Assembly (NCBI GenBank): GCA_963924565.1
Contig: OZ004613.1
Location: forward strand, 13,268,001 to 13,332,000
DNA: 64,000 bases
Direction: 5' to 3'
Origin: Ascidiella aspersa
Lineage: Eukaryota
Below, piece after piece: positions 51,270 through 64,000 of the stretch. The notes below the pieces were generated by a model. It was not told where the DNA came from. It worked only from the letters and a program-made list of their open reading frames with translations, and did no database searches. The translations under genes and the position numbers were made by a program. The number at the start of each line of letters is the position of its first letter. Position 1 is the first letter of the stretch.

Positions 51270-54200
51270 TCTGCACGCTTGTATTACTTATGCCTGGAAT
51301 TATTTTTGATACGGTAGATTATTATTAAATACCTGGACTTGGAGTTTTACACGTACGCATAACGCAATCAGGTTTTTCCGCCCTAGGCGTTATCACTTTC
51401 CAGAAATTTTCCAATACAATTTTTCCGAGTGCAGCGATAACAAAACAGCTATTGTTAGACATTTTTCAGGTTGCTGTAACTTGGATGCGTTGGAATACCA
51501 ACATGTACAGCATACCTATATCGAACGAAGCAGATTCCTAAATTTATTACCCCAGGAAATCATTTTTTTCTTGTTGATTAATCCACAAGTATGTGATTTT
51601 GCTTGTACTTTTGTTTTTCCCACTTTTGCACAACTCAGTTACGATAAGCGATCAATCACAACGTTTATAACCAGAAAAAGGTAAATTACCTCATTGGTCA
51701 AATTTGAAAGAATATGTAAAGCAATTGTATTTTTGAACTATATCGTTGCGGTTAGTTTGATCAGGGGTTATATATAATCAACCCAAGACACGGGCCAACA
51801 AGTAGCAATTAACGGATACAAAATATTTTTTAATGCGTATATTCTGTGATCAAGTTTTTCTGGAGTTCCACCAGCCCATACAAACTGTACACAATGTATA
51901 GTACACCGGATGCCTTGAACTAAAATAAGGGAGGATTAACAAATAAGGTTTAAAAAAGTTTCGCATGGTGTTAAATAGTTCACAAGGTGTTAAATAGTTT
52001 TTAGTTGAAAACCGATTATTACGCAAAGTTCGGTTAGTGTTTGCTTTAGCCAAACGTGAATAAATTATACCGACGTTCGTTTCATAAGACCTGGGTAAAA
52101 TATAGCCGTGGGCCAGCCCGCGAAGCAATTTCCATAACACATTTTAAGCAATAATAGGCCTTTGAGTTATTTCTTTGTTTTAAAATGTTATCTTAAAGTA
52201 AAACATCTGCAAGGCATCCCCACCTATTCCAACTTGTTAAAACAAGGAAAAATTCAGCTTTCTTTCAATATAAATCACACTATGATGTGTATTTCAAATC
52301 ACCTTTTTGACTCGGCACTCCAAGGTATTTTCTGTCCGTCATTTGCCGCCCCTGTCACAAAATAGTCAATACATGGGTTCAATGATCGGGATTTACAGGC
52401 GTGGGAAAAAACTATAATATATGTAATATATTCAGTGATACGTTTTAGATAAGTACATGAAGTTTGCTAAAAACGTTTAAGGAGACTTACCTATAGAAGG
52501 GGTTTAGTCATAACCGATGTCGCATTACTAGGCGTCTAAATGTAAAATATACACACTTTTAATTTATTTCTATATACGAGCAATGTACACCGACATATAA
52601 GCGATAACGCAACAATATTGACGGTATATTTGACGCGAACGGCGGGATATGTGACATTATGCGAGCATCCGGGTGTGTGGCATCATGATAACGGCCGTTA
52701 TACGTTATGTTGACAATCGTTTATGTAGCCTTGCTTGCATCGTTGATCGACAGATTCGGTGAGTCTGCGATGGCTTTTCGGTGTACTACAGCCGCCCAAT
52801 TTCATGATAAACGACTAATCCTGGTCCTATTACCCTCCCCTGCTTTTTATTCTGAGGCGCGTAATTATATACTGCCGTTGCATATTTGTTTTAAATTAAG
52901 GTATACGCTGAAATGAGAAGTTTTGGGCGGGACATCCAAAACAGCCACACCATTAAGAAAAAATGGTCGAGGTCCACTGTTATAAACCATGATAGAACAA
53001 ACGTCATTCTTCAATACTTCATAATGTTGCTATTAATACTGATAACAGTACGTAAGCAACGCGCTGATGTTGATCACAAGATCACTACCAAAGTGTGTGG
53101 CCACATCACGATGTCTGATGACGACACAAAACGTCATGTATGATTCGTGTGCGACACTAAATTCGCTATGTAATTTAGCTTATGCATTTTATAAAATGCC
53201 TTTAGTCGGCTAAACTGAGGGTTAACCGAAAAAAAACTATAGCATCACGTTGCTTACATGTCAAATGGCACACCAAATGACTTTAAACGATAATGGTTAC
53301 TTGTGTTTGTGTGTATATATAAGATGCAAAGGCAAGGCGGGAATTTACATATGTATAGATGAATATGCTAAACAAGCAAGCATTTCAGATTGCATCAAAC
53401 TACCACAGTAAATTAACTCTTAAGATTGTAATTCCATGTAAACTGGCTCACACTAAACTTTGTCCTGTAATTAACCAGGTATTGGTTGCTTTTGTTTATG
53501 TGTGTTCAATTTTTATAGTAACTCGACCAGATGGTGGCTTTCCCGGAAATGACGCATTGCAACGCGTCAATAAACGTGGCACACCCAACAAGGGGAAGAA
53601 TAGAAGTAACAACAATGAATCGAAACATGATACCATCTTGCCGATTATTACAAAAACATCAACACACCTTTACTACCACAACGTCTATAGATAATAATTG
53701 GATTGACGAAATTCGGAAGTTCGCAAAAACAACATTTTTCCGCATATCAGTTTACCCTTTCGCAACCTTTTGGATGAAGTTTTGTAAAGAATCTGAAAAT
53801 GTTTTGGGTTGGTTCGTCCTGCTCTAAGCAGGCCCCAGTGGAAAACTACTTACAACTTTAGCATTCAATTCAGGCATTTGAGTAGGAGATTCCCCCCCCC
53901 CCCCAATGACGCGTTTTATGTGCTACAGCTACACATATCAGCCCAAAATTTTCAGACATTCAAGGATGGTGCATTCAGGCAGGATATAGAAGTGTTTGGA
54001 GCTAGAATGGATTACTATGAAGTGCCGCCTTGTATATGGTTTATTCTAAAAATTTTTGTTTTACAGACCTGTTGTTTTTTGTTTTTTTAAAACATCAAAA
54101 TTTGACGTAACAAAGTTATTTTTAAACGTGAAACTAGAAAGAAGTTATCTCTACGCAGTTTGTTCATTTCTACTCCGTTCGTTTATTATGGTAAAATATA

Positions 54201-56023
54201 GGTTAGAGAAATGCTACTTTCAATACAAAAGCTATATTATGAAGATTTTATCGATTCGCGCAAAGCAAAAACGCCTTTATACTGTTAAGTTTTTCAAATT
54301 CTAATTATCGAGGGGCAATAAGACGCACGATTAGAAAAATGTGATACAAAATACACAAGACTATTAAAAAATAGGCCTTTTAAACTATAAAAACTATAGA
54401 GTTTACCGCTGCAAGTAAGTTTTAGATGAATTATTGCAGATTTATGTCAGTAAGTCGACAGCGTTATTCAAAGTCAAGGCAAAAATTTATAAAAAGCGGA
54501 AATGAAACTGCTTTGAGCGAAAAGTTGCCTGGGGGCACAAAATGAGCGGAATTATGTGACGTGGAAAACTACTAGTACCACTTTGCTTTAATGACAAACG
54601 TAACACACGTATTGCAACACTGCGAACAATTTACAGACATATGTACACTGTGCTTGTTAATCTGCTACAAAGCCTAATACAGAAACTTATATAGCATTTG
54701 ATCACTGCCAAAGTAAATTGATTTTAGTGACATTAATTTTGTTATGTGGCCGAAAAAAAAAATTTTGTTTGACACATGTTTTTACTGTCTGAAAATACAG
54801 TTCGGGGTCTTGCACTAAACATTGGTTGCGTTAGATAACATTTGCGTGGCGCTAATCTTTTAGCCAGCTATACAGTAATGCTCCCCGTAAGGATAATTAA
54901 GAAATAGTATTGTCGAAGCATTAGGTAGAAGGCGACATTTGGCCGAGGGAAACCAATCAACTCTGTTGTGTTACCTATTAGACGTAACGCTGATGTGTAT
55001 GCCGTTTATTGTGGACATTGCAACAGTTGGTTAGTGTCCGGAAATGACGCCTTGCACCGCGTACATAAACGCTGTATCACGTAGGAAAACACTGAGGAAC
55101 AAGGGTTAATCAAAACCTTGTTTACTGATTGCAAAGTTTTGAGCTTAGTGTTCAACAGAAACCAATATTCAGTTATTAATATTAAGTTGTTCTTTGACAA
55201 ACCGTTACCAAATCTACGCGACATTTAAGTTGGCTTGAATCAGAAGCACGCATAAACAAAGCAGTGTACACGCAGTGTGGTTATACAGTTGTCCCAGTTA
55301 CAGACTGGCGAGCGACCAGCAATTATACAGCACAAGCTACAATGTGGAGAATGAACTTTAAAGCGAACAGTTGTCGTTTTATTTAAGAATCTCAATCGAT
55401 GTAAAAGGCCGACATTAGTGTTTTTGAATAAAAAGTATTTTTGTTTTTAAAGGGTTGCCCAAAATATCGAACGAATAATGCTACAGTGGACTTATACAGT
55501 TCATTATTAGGCATATTTATTTTTTAAGTTGTAAACCTGTACAAACAAGGGTTTCTTAATTAATTATGTGTTCCTCAGTATTGTGGCAACGGCAATATTT
55601 ACTGAATGGAGCTTTAATCTCGCGAATAGATCGAAAATAAAAATATTTTTTCACCTAAATATGTGTGTTTCCATTAACCTTTTAAATTCAACAAAAACCT
55701 GAAAGTTTACCCAGTTATTTCGGCCTGAATCAGGGCGACAGTGGAAAACTACTTAGAACTTTACAACTGAGTGCCCATGACTGTTTTGCGTTTTTGTGGG
55801 TGATTCCCCACGGTTACGCATGTCACGAGCAACGTATATCACCCAAAATTTTGGTAAACACGCTCATTCAAGGATTGTGCGTTCAGGCAGCATGTAGAAG
55901 TTCTTTGGAGCTAGCATTGTCGTCTGCGTTGCCGCTTTACGCATGATTCTAAACACATTTTGTTTTATAGATTTTTTATTTATTTATATTTATTTATTGT
56001 TGCAAAATTCGATTGTCAGACTA

Positions 56024-59000
56024 ATGATTGCACGGGCGCAAGCTGCACTGCTCATCTGTTTTCTAACAGGGTTTGCATCTGCCACGACTGTAATAAGTCA
56101 GGCTGATCCCAACCTGTTGTCCACAAAGGTCAAAGAATTGACTGAACAATCACTGAAGTTTAAAGAATTGCAGGTGGGCTTCAATTATGCGATAGTTACC
56201 TATATACGCTATCATGCCTAATTTTTTGCTCTTGTGGTTTGAGTTGAGATGTGTTTGTTCGTCCTGGTGACATTTATTTTTCACCTTTAGTTAGATGTTA
56301 ACTGTTCCCATAAATATTTTATGCACGCGTTTTATTTCAGAATTATCTTGATACTTTGCCTTACGACCGCATTGACCTGCTGGGATTTGATTTGCTAAAC
56401 GCGGTAAGTACAAGCAAAAACTATTTTTTAACTAATTAATTGTGGTTAGGAAAAAAAATAGTTTTCTGCAACTAAACTAGTAAACATCTTGTGTCCTAAA
56501 TGTGCTTGTTTATAACTCCAAGGGCGAAATATGTTTAAAGCATTGCTAACGTGAAGTGATTAAATAATTTATATGCCCTGTGTTTGTTGCTTAACATTGC
56601 CCTAATCTGGTTTGCGTTGAAAGCTTTTTTTGCTGGCTTATCAATTGAAATTTACCGACAGGCGACAATACCTAGTGGATTTTTATTTTAGGCCTACCGT
56701 GTAACCCAACGCAACAACAAAGCAGGTTGTAAACATGAACATTTACCTGACGCAGTTAAAAATAGGTACGTCATTCTAGGCTACACAATAGTACCGTCCG
56801 CATTTAATCTGAGATGACTCACCTCTAACCAAGTTGTAGGCATTTTCTTTAAATGCGTAATGTAGTGATAATGACAAGCAATTTAGTTAAATCGTATTTG
56901 CAAGACAGGACGTTAAATAAGGTTTCAATTGTATAAAACTACAGTGGGTGATAGCCTTATATTATTTGCCTCTTGACTTTGATGTGAAGAAATATCAACC
57001 CTAACACCTCATATCACTTGCCCTAAGCCAAAAGGACGTTATTGTTCACAAATTAACCGCATGGCTAACTGAGTTTAGGCAAACGTCAGATACGAACCGT
57101 TGGTTTGGTTGCTTAAGTAACCTGATCGACAGCAAGTCATGCGAAACTCCAGCAGTTAAGCACTCATCAGCAAATCAGCAACCTGCTTATCTCTACCTTT
57201 TAACTGACACCTCAACAAGAAAAAGTCACTTGATGCCAGTAAACGCAAATTGGGAAATCTTTTATTTGTTGGCGTGCCAGATGGCAAGAAGTCATTGCCT
57301 TTTGTCGTTTAATCGTAGTTGAGTGCTATACATAAAATGGGTTATTGGTGAACATATTGCGTTAACAGTGACGTTGTTTCCCATCCACTAACGTTTAACA
57401 TGTTGATTAGGGATGTCCGATACGAAATTTTGACAGTGAAATACAACCGTCCGATAACATAGCCTACCAAAGTTGTCATTACTGTTATAAAGTAAGCAAA
57501 GTTCTTAATATGACAATAGGTTAACGTTAACCTAAAGGTTTTAAAGATATTAGGCTATTGCGTAAGCATAAAAAGCGTATTGTTATTGTTAGTATTCTCG
57601 TAATCTTATAATTTACGGCGAAAATCCTCGGAAAGGTAGACAGCTATATGCATTGGACCGCAACGGCCGAAATGCAGCTTTTATTTGGTAATCGATCAGC
57701 GGAACGTACTGGTGTCGAATGAATGTCAATACTACCACTTATAGAATCGGGTATCGGCTCATATACAATTCTATCAGATATCTCTAATAATAATCCACAT
57801 AATTGTTGTATTTCTTAGAAGTTGCTCGTATTGATTGATAAATGCCCTATTAGGTAAAATTTATACTTCGATATTAATCAGATCTACAAAACAACATTGC
57901 TAATTTGCGAAAAACAAATTTGGTTTTACTAATTTTTGGAGTTTTAAAAGAAGAATGACAGTTAAAATTTGTCAAGTGTCACCATTTCATTCGCTGCTAT
58001 TTATTTCCAAATTTCAGATGAGCAGCGCTTTCGAGCGCAAGTTTCAAAGCCGGACAGAGGCCGTGAAGAAATTGGCAACTGCAGTTCGGTCGTCGTACAG
58101 TGGAACGAGCTCACCTTCTTATAAATGCTGCCTAATACCATCAGGACAACTGGAACATGATACGCGATTTAAACAACCTGTAAGCGTGAGATTACTTAGT
58201 GGTCAAAATTTCTCGTTTGGGCTGGTAAAGACTGCTTCATACCTTCATTGTAAAATAATTTATACATCAGTGTTTCAAAACTTTTCTTTCCACAGCCCCT
58301 TTTCGTATTGGTTCGTCGCCTTACTCTCTTACCCCAGACATTAAATAAGTATCATATTAAATACTGATACAATGCATTAGTGCTGTGTAATGCGTTGTTT
58401 TTGCAACGTAACAACACCATTGGAATTTTTAACTTTATTTTAATCTAATACGTAAAAGTGAGCAAGGACACCGTATGTCAGCAAATTCAATAAAATGAAG
58501 TTTTAGAATATCACAGGGGTTGTGCTCCCCTGTAAATAACCATAGAGCACGACAGTAGTTTCATTTCTTTCAGGTTTCGACTTCTCAAGTTTGTGAGTTG
58601 ATTTCGTCCAACGCACCGAGCTCGTCCACTAGATTGCAAAGTGGTTTCAGCAGGGCTTGTATGGACAATCTTGCCAGCGTCCCTTCCATGAAGTGGCAGT
58701 ATTTCGGAAGTGAGCAGGGCGTCACAACACAATTTCCCGCCACCAAAGCGACGAAATGCGGAAACTTTGACAATCGCTTCAGGTCTAATGGTGATTTAGG
58801 AAATATAATTTTGCTTGATATCTTTTAATGAGGATTGCTACATCAAGCAAATTTTCAGGTCATTTTATTGCTGCAGTCGTAAAAATGTTCTGTTTTTTCT
58901 ATTGTAAATTTTTAGAAGTGTTTTTCTCATTTCCGACTGCCGGAACTTGTTTAAATTGTGAACGATAAAATGTTAAAAGTGATACGACCTGTCTTTATAG

Positions 59001-59260
59001 GGCATTCGTCCGGGTTAAAGCCTTGAAACACACCATGCATCGTTTGGCAAACAAATTTGAAGATGTATTTTCTAACAAAATATTTGTTTTCCTGATGCAG
59101 ACCGTGGTACGTGCAAGCCAATGTTCCAATACCGAAGCAAGTTGTCATCGTTATAGACCGAAGCGGTTCAATGAGTCAAGAATATAAAGGAGTGTCGTAC
59201 ATGAAACTTGCAATAGAAGCTGCGAAAACAGTGATAGACACTTTAAATCCCTATGACAAG
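56024..59260 (+). pseudogene. Gene B' - exons 1-5 of a gene B copy, truncated in intron 5 by the tandem-duplication junction
   Basis: Intact exons 1-5 with only synonymous differences from B seen; sequence jumps at 59333 back to the equivalent of 55238. Confidence 0.75.
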
Positions 59261-59354
59261 GTTTGTTGTAGGATACTGTACATACTTGATTTTTGTGTAA
59301 ATGAATATCATACTTGTGTTAATGTAAAAATACAGAAGCACGCATAAACAAAGC

Positions 59355-62300
59355 AATCAGAAGCACGCATAAACAAAGCAGTGTACACGCAGTGTGGTTA
59401 TACAGTTGTCCCTGTTACAGACTGGCGAGCGACCAGCAATTATACAGCACAAGCTACAATGTGGAGAATGAACTTTAAAGCGAACAGTTGTCGTTTTATT
59501 TAAGAATCTCAATCGATGTAAAAGGCCGACATTAGTGTTTTTGAATAAAAAGTATTTTTGTTTTTAAAGGGTTGCCCAAAATATCGAACGAATAATGCTA
59601 CAGTGGACTTATACAGTTCATTATTAGGCATATTTATTTTTTAAGTTGTAAACCTGTACAAACAAGGGTTTCTTAATTAATTATGTGTTCCTCAGTATTG
59701 TGGCAACGGCAATATTTACTGAATGGAGCTTTAATCTCGCGAATAGATCGAAAATAAAAATATTTTTTCACCTAAATATGTGTGTTTCCATTAACCTTTT
59801 AAATTCAACAAAAACCTGAAAGTTTACCCAGATATTTCGGCCTGAATCAGGGCGACAGTGGAAAACTACTTAGAACTTTACAACTGAGTGCCCATGACTG
59901 TTTTGCGTTTTTGTGGGTGATTCCCCACGGTTACGCATGTCACGAGCAACGTATATCACCCAAAATTTTGGTAAACACGCTCATTCAAGGATTGTGCGTT
60001 CAGGCAGCATGTAGAAGTTCTTTGGAGCTAGCATTGTCGTCTGCGTTGCCGCTTTACGCATGATTCTAAACACATTTTGTTTTATAGATTTTTTATTTAT
60101 TTATATTTATTTATTGTTGCAAAATTCGATTGTCAGACTAATGATTGCACGGGCGCAAGCTGCACTGCTCATCTGTTTTCTAACAGGGTTTGCATCTGCC
60201 ACGACTGTAATAAGTCAGGCTGATCCCAACCTGTTGTCCACAAAGGTCAAAGAATTGACTGAACAATCACTGAAGTTTAAAGAATTGCAGGTGGGCTTCA
60301 ATTATGCGATAGTTACCTATATACGCTATCATGCCTAATTTTTTGCTCTTTTGGTTTGAGTTGAGATGTGTTTGTTCGTCCTGGTGACATTTATTTTTCA
60401 CCTTTAGTTAGATGTTAACTGTTCCCATAAATATTTTATGCACGCGTTTTATTTCAGAATTATCTTGATACTTTGCCTTACGACCGCATTGACCTGCTGG
60501 GATTTGATTTGCTAAACGCGGTAAGTACAAGCAAAAACTATTTTTTAACTAATTAATTGTGGTTAGGAAAAAAAATAGTTTTCTGCAACTAAACTAGTAA
60601 ACATCTTGTGTCCTAAATGTGCTTGTTTATAACTCCAAGGGCGAAATATGTTTAAAGCATTGCTAACGTGAAGTGATTAAATAATTTATATGCCCTGTGT
60701 TTGTTGCTTAACATTGCCCTAATCTGGTTTGCGTTGAAAGCTTTTTTTGCTGGCTTATCAATTGAAATTTACCGACAGGCGACAATACCTAGTGGATTTT
60801 TATTTTAGGCCTACCGTGTAACCCAACGCAACAACAAAGCAGGTTGTAAACATGAACATTTACCTGACGCAGTTAAAAATAGGTACGTCATTCTAGGCTA
60901 CACAATAGTACCGTCCGCATTTAATCTGAGATGACTCACCTCTAACCAAGTTGTAGGCATTTTCTTTAAATGCGTAATGTAGTGATAATGACAAGCAATT
61001 TAGTTAAATCGTATTTGCAAGACAGGACGTTAAATAAGGTTTCAATTGTATAAAACTACAGTGGGTGATAGCCTTATATTATTTGCCTCTTGACTTTGAT
61101 GTGAAGAAATATCAACCCTAACACCTCATATCACTTGCCCTAAGCCAAAAGGACGTTATTGTTCACAAATTAACCGCATGGCTAACTGAGTTTAGGCAAA
61201 CGTCAGATACGAACCGTTGGTTTGGTTGCTTAAGTAACCTGATCGACAGCAAGTCATGCGAAACTCCAGCAGTTAAGCACTCATCAGCAAATCAGCAACC
61301 TGCTTATCTCTACCTTTTAACTGACACCTCAACAAGAAAAAGTCACTTGATGCCAGTAAACGCAAATTGGGAAATCTTTTATTTGTTGGCGTGCCAGATG
61401 GCAAGAAGTCATTGCCTTTTGTCGTTTAATCGTAGTTGAGTGCTATACATAAAATGGGTTATTGGTGAACATATTGCGTTAACAGTGACGTTGTTTCCCA
61501 TCCACTAACGTTTAACATGTTGATTAGGGATGTCCGATACGAAATTTTGACAGTGAAATACAACCGTCCGATAACATAGCCTACCAAAGTTGTCATTACT
61601 GTTATAAAGTAAGCAAAGTTCTTAATATGACAATAGGTTAACGTTAACCTAAAGGTTTTAAAGATATTAGGCTATTGCGTAAGCATAAAAAGCGTATTGT
61701 TATTGTTAGTATTCTCGTAATCTTATAATTTACGGCGAAAATCCTCGGAAAGGTAGACAGCTATATGCATTGGACCGCAACGGCCGAAATGCAGCTTTTA
61801 TTTGGTAATCGATCAGCGGAACGTACTGGTGTCGAATGAATGTCAATACTACCACTTATAGAATCGGGTATCGGCTCATATACAATTCTATCAGATATCT
61901 CTAATAATAATCCACATAATTGTTGTATTTCTTAGAAGTTGCTCGCATTGATTGATAAATGCCCTATTAGGTAAAATTTATACTTCGATATTAATCAGAT
62001 CTACAAAACAACATTGCTAATTTGCGAAAAACAAATTTGGTTTTACTAATTTTTGGAGTTTTAAAAGAAGAATGACAGTTAAAATTTGTCAAGTGTCACC
62101 ATTTCATTCGCTGCTATTTATTTCCAAATTTCAGATGAGCAGCGCTTTCGAGCGCAAGTTTCAAAGCCGGACAGAGGCCGTGAAGAAATTGGCAACTGCA
62201 GTTCGGTCGTCGTACAGTGGAACGAGCTCACCTTCTTATAAATGCTGCCTAATACCATCAGGACAACTGGAACATGATACGCGATTTAAACAACCTGTAA

Positions 62301-63450
62301 GCGTGAGATTACTTAGTGGTCAAAATTTCTCGTTTGGGCTGGTAAAGACTGCTTCATACCTTCATTGTAAAATAATTTATACATCAGTGTTTCAAAACTT
62401 TTCTTTCCACAGCCCCTTTTCGTATTGGTTCGTCGCCTTACTCTCTTACCCCAGACATTAAATAAGTATCATATTAAATACTGATACAATGCATTAGTGC
62501 TGTGTAATGCGTTGTTTTTGCAACGTAACAACACCATTGGAATTTTTAACTTTATTTTAATCTAATACGTAAAAGTAAGCAAGGACACCGTATGTCAGCA
62601 AATTCAATAAAATGAAGTTTTAGAATATCACAGGGGTTGTGCTCCCCTGTAAATAACCATAGAGCACGACAGTAGTTTCATTTCTTTCAGGTTTCGACTT
62701 CTCAAGTTTGTGAGTTGATTTCGTCCAACGCACCGAGCTCGTCCACTAGATTGCAAAGTGGTTTCAGCAGGGCTTGTATGGACAATCTTGCCAGCGTCCC
62801 TTCCATGAAGTGGCAGTATTTCGGAAGTGAGCAGGGCGTCACAACACAATTTCCCGCCACCAAAGCGACGAAATGCGGAAACTTTGACAATCGCTTCAGG
62901 TCTAATGGTGATTTAGGAAATATAATTTTGCTTGATATCTTTTAATGAGGATTGCTACATCAAGCAAATTTTCAGGTCATTTTATTGCTGCAGTCGTAAA
63001 AATGTTCTGTTTTTTCTATTGTAAATTTTTAGAAGTGTTTTTCTCATTTCCGACTGCCGGAACTTGTTTAAATTGTGAACGATAAAATGTTAAAAGTGAT
63101 ACGACCTGTCTTTATAGGGCATTCGTCCGGGTTAAAGCCTTGAAACACACCATGCATCGTTTGGCAAACAAATTTGAAGATGTATTTTCTAACAAAATAT
63201 TTGTTTTCCTGATGCAGACCGTGGTACGTGCAAGCCAATGTTCCAATACCGAAGCAAGTTGTCATCGTTATAGACCGAAGCGGTTCAATGAGTCAAGAAT
63301 ATAAAGGAGTGTCGTACATGAAACTTGCAATAGAAGCTGCGAAAACAGTGATAGACACTTTAAATCCCTATGACAAGGTTTGTTGTAGGATACTGTACAT
63401 ACTTGATTTTTGTGTAAATGAATATCATACTTGTGTTAATGTAAAAATAC
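59355..63450 (+). repeat. Tandem duplication of 55238-59333 (period 4117 bp)
   Basis: ORFs recur at a constant +4117 offset (55943/60060, 57955/62072, 59111/63228); only a few substitutions seen. Confidence 0.95.
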
Positions 63451-64000
63451 TGTAAAAATAAACAAAACTATTGTATTTTTAATGAATCCTAACTGTTTTT
63501 GTTTGTTTCTGGGTTCGTTGAATGGATGCCAGTCTAAATGTGTCAAATAAACAAACCTAACGTTATTATGCGTTACTTTGAATTCCGATGTATACATTTA
63601 AGCCAGATAGCTGAATTTAATGCTTTAATGAAAACAATTTTTTTAAGTTTGCTTTTATCGCTTTTTCGTCGAGTGCTGAACTCTTCACGGCCAGTGAGAT
63701 CCCAAACGGCACCTGTTACAGAACAAGCTTCGCCCAGGCAACGCCAAAGAACAAAAAGCTCGTTAAAGAGCACATCGACGATATTTATCCAAGCGGTAAA
63801 CTTCAATGTTGTCCGCAAATCATTGGAATTTATTTAACTCTAATTTTTTGTTGTATAAATATGTCTATCGTAACGTTTTATTAAACCTGCAAATTATGTA
63901 ATGCTGGAAATAGTGTCTCGTAAACAATATTTACGTTTGATAGACTTTGTCATGCAAATTTAAAACTTTCCTGTATATATTTCAGGTGGAACAAGATTTG
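60141..64000 (+). CDS. CACHD1-like: Gene B'' - third CACHD1-like B copy, exons 1-6 and start of exon 7, running off the window
   Basis: ATG at 60141; open exons with intact splice sites; exon 7 starts at 63986. Completeness cannot be judged. Confidence 0.75.

Larger units (their letters stand above)
46988..59333 (+). repeat. Recent direct segmental duplication of 18549-34032
   Basis: Collinear and highly similar (near-identical ORF-track peptides recur). The copy lacks ~21765-23756, ~25381-25826 and ~27895-28782, and has ~105 extra bp at 49223-49327. Confidence 0.95.

Overview
AT-rich animal genomic DNA with short GT-AG introns. An invertebrate such as a tunicate is my guess; the sequence does not establish the organism. 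The window is dominated by a cluster of CACHD1/alpha2delta-family genes (signal peptide, dCache with inserted VWA, second dCache, Cys-rich region), which I reconstructed exon by exon by hand. Gene A (minus, 24674->12476, 22 coding exons, ~985 aa) has no transmembrane segment as written. Gene B (plus, 30721->46288, 23 coding exons, ~1101 aa) has a TM helix and a Pro/Tyr-rich tail with PSAP, NPxY and PPxY motifs. A and B sit head-to-head ~6 kb apart. They are strongly diverged in exon 3 and the VWA loops and in the introns compared (except intron 16), yet nearly identical at nucleotide level in patches of exons 4, 13, 14, 15 and 19. A recent direct duplication (46988-59333, copy of 18549-34032) carries a broken A copy and a truncated B copy. 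A 4.1 kb tandem re-duplication then starts a third B copy that runs off the window. A decayed B-type terminal exon at 2592-2740 suggests the array continues to the left. Also present: an intronless five-finger C2H2 zinc-finger gene, several hAT-like MITEs (some nested), a minisatellite and a decayed Ty3/Gypsy pol relic. All alignments and counts were done by eye.
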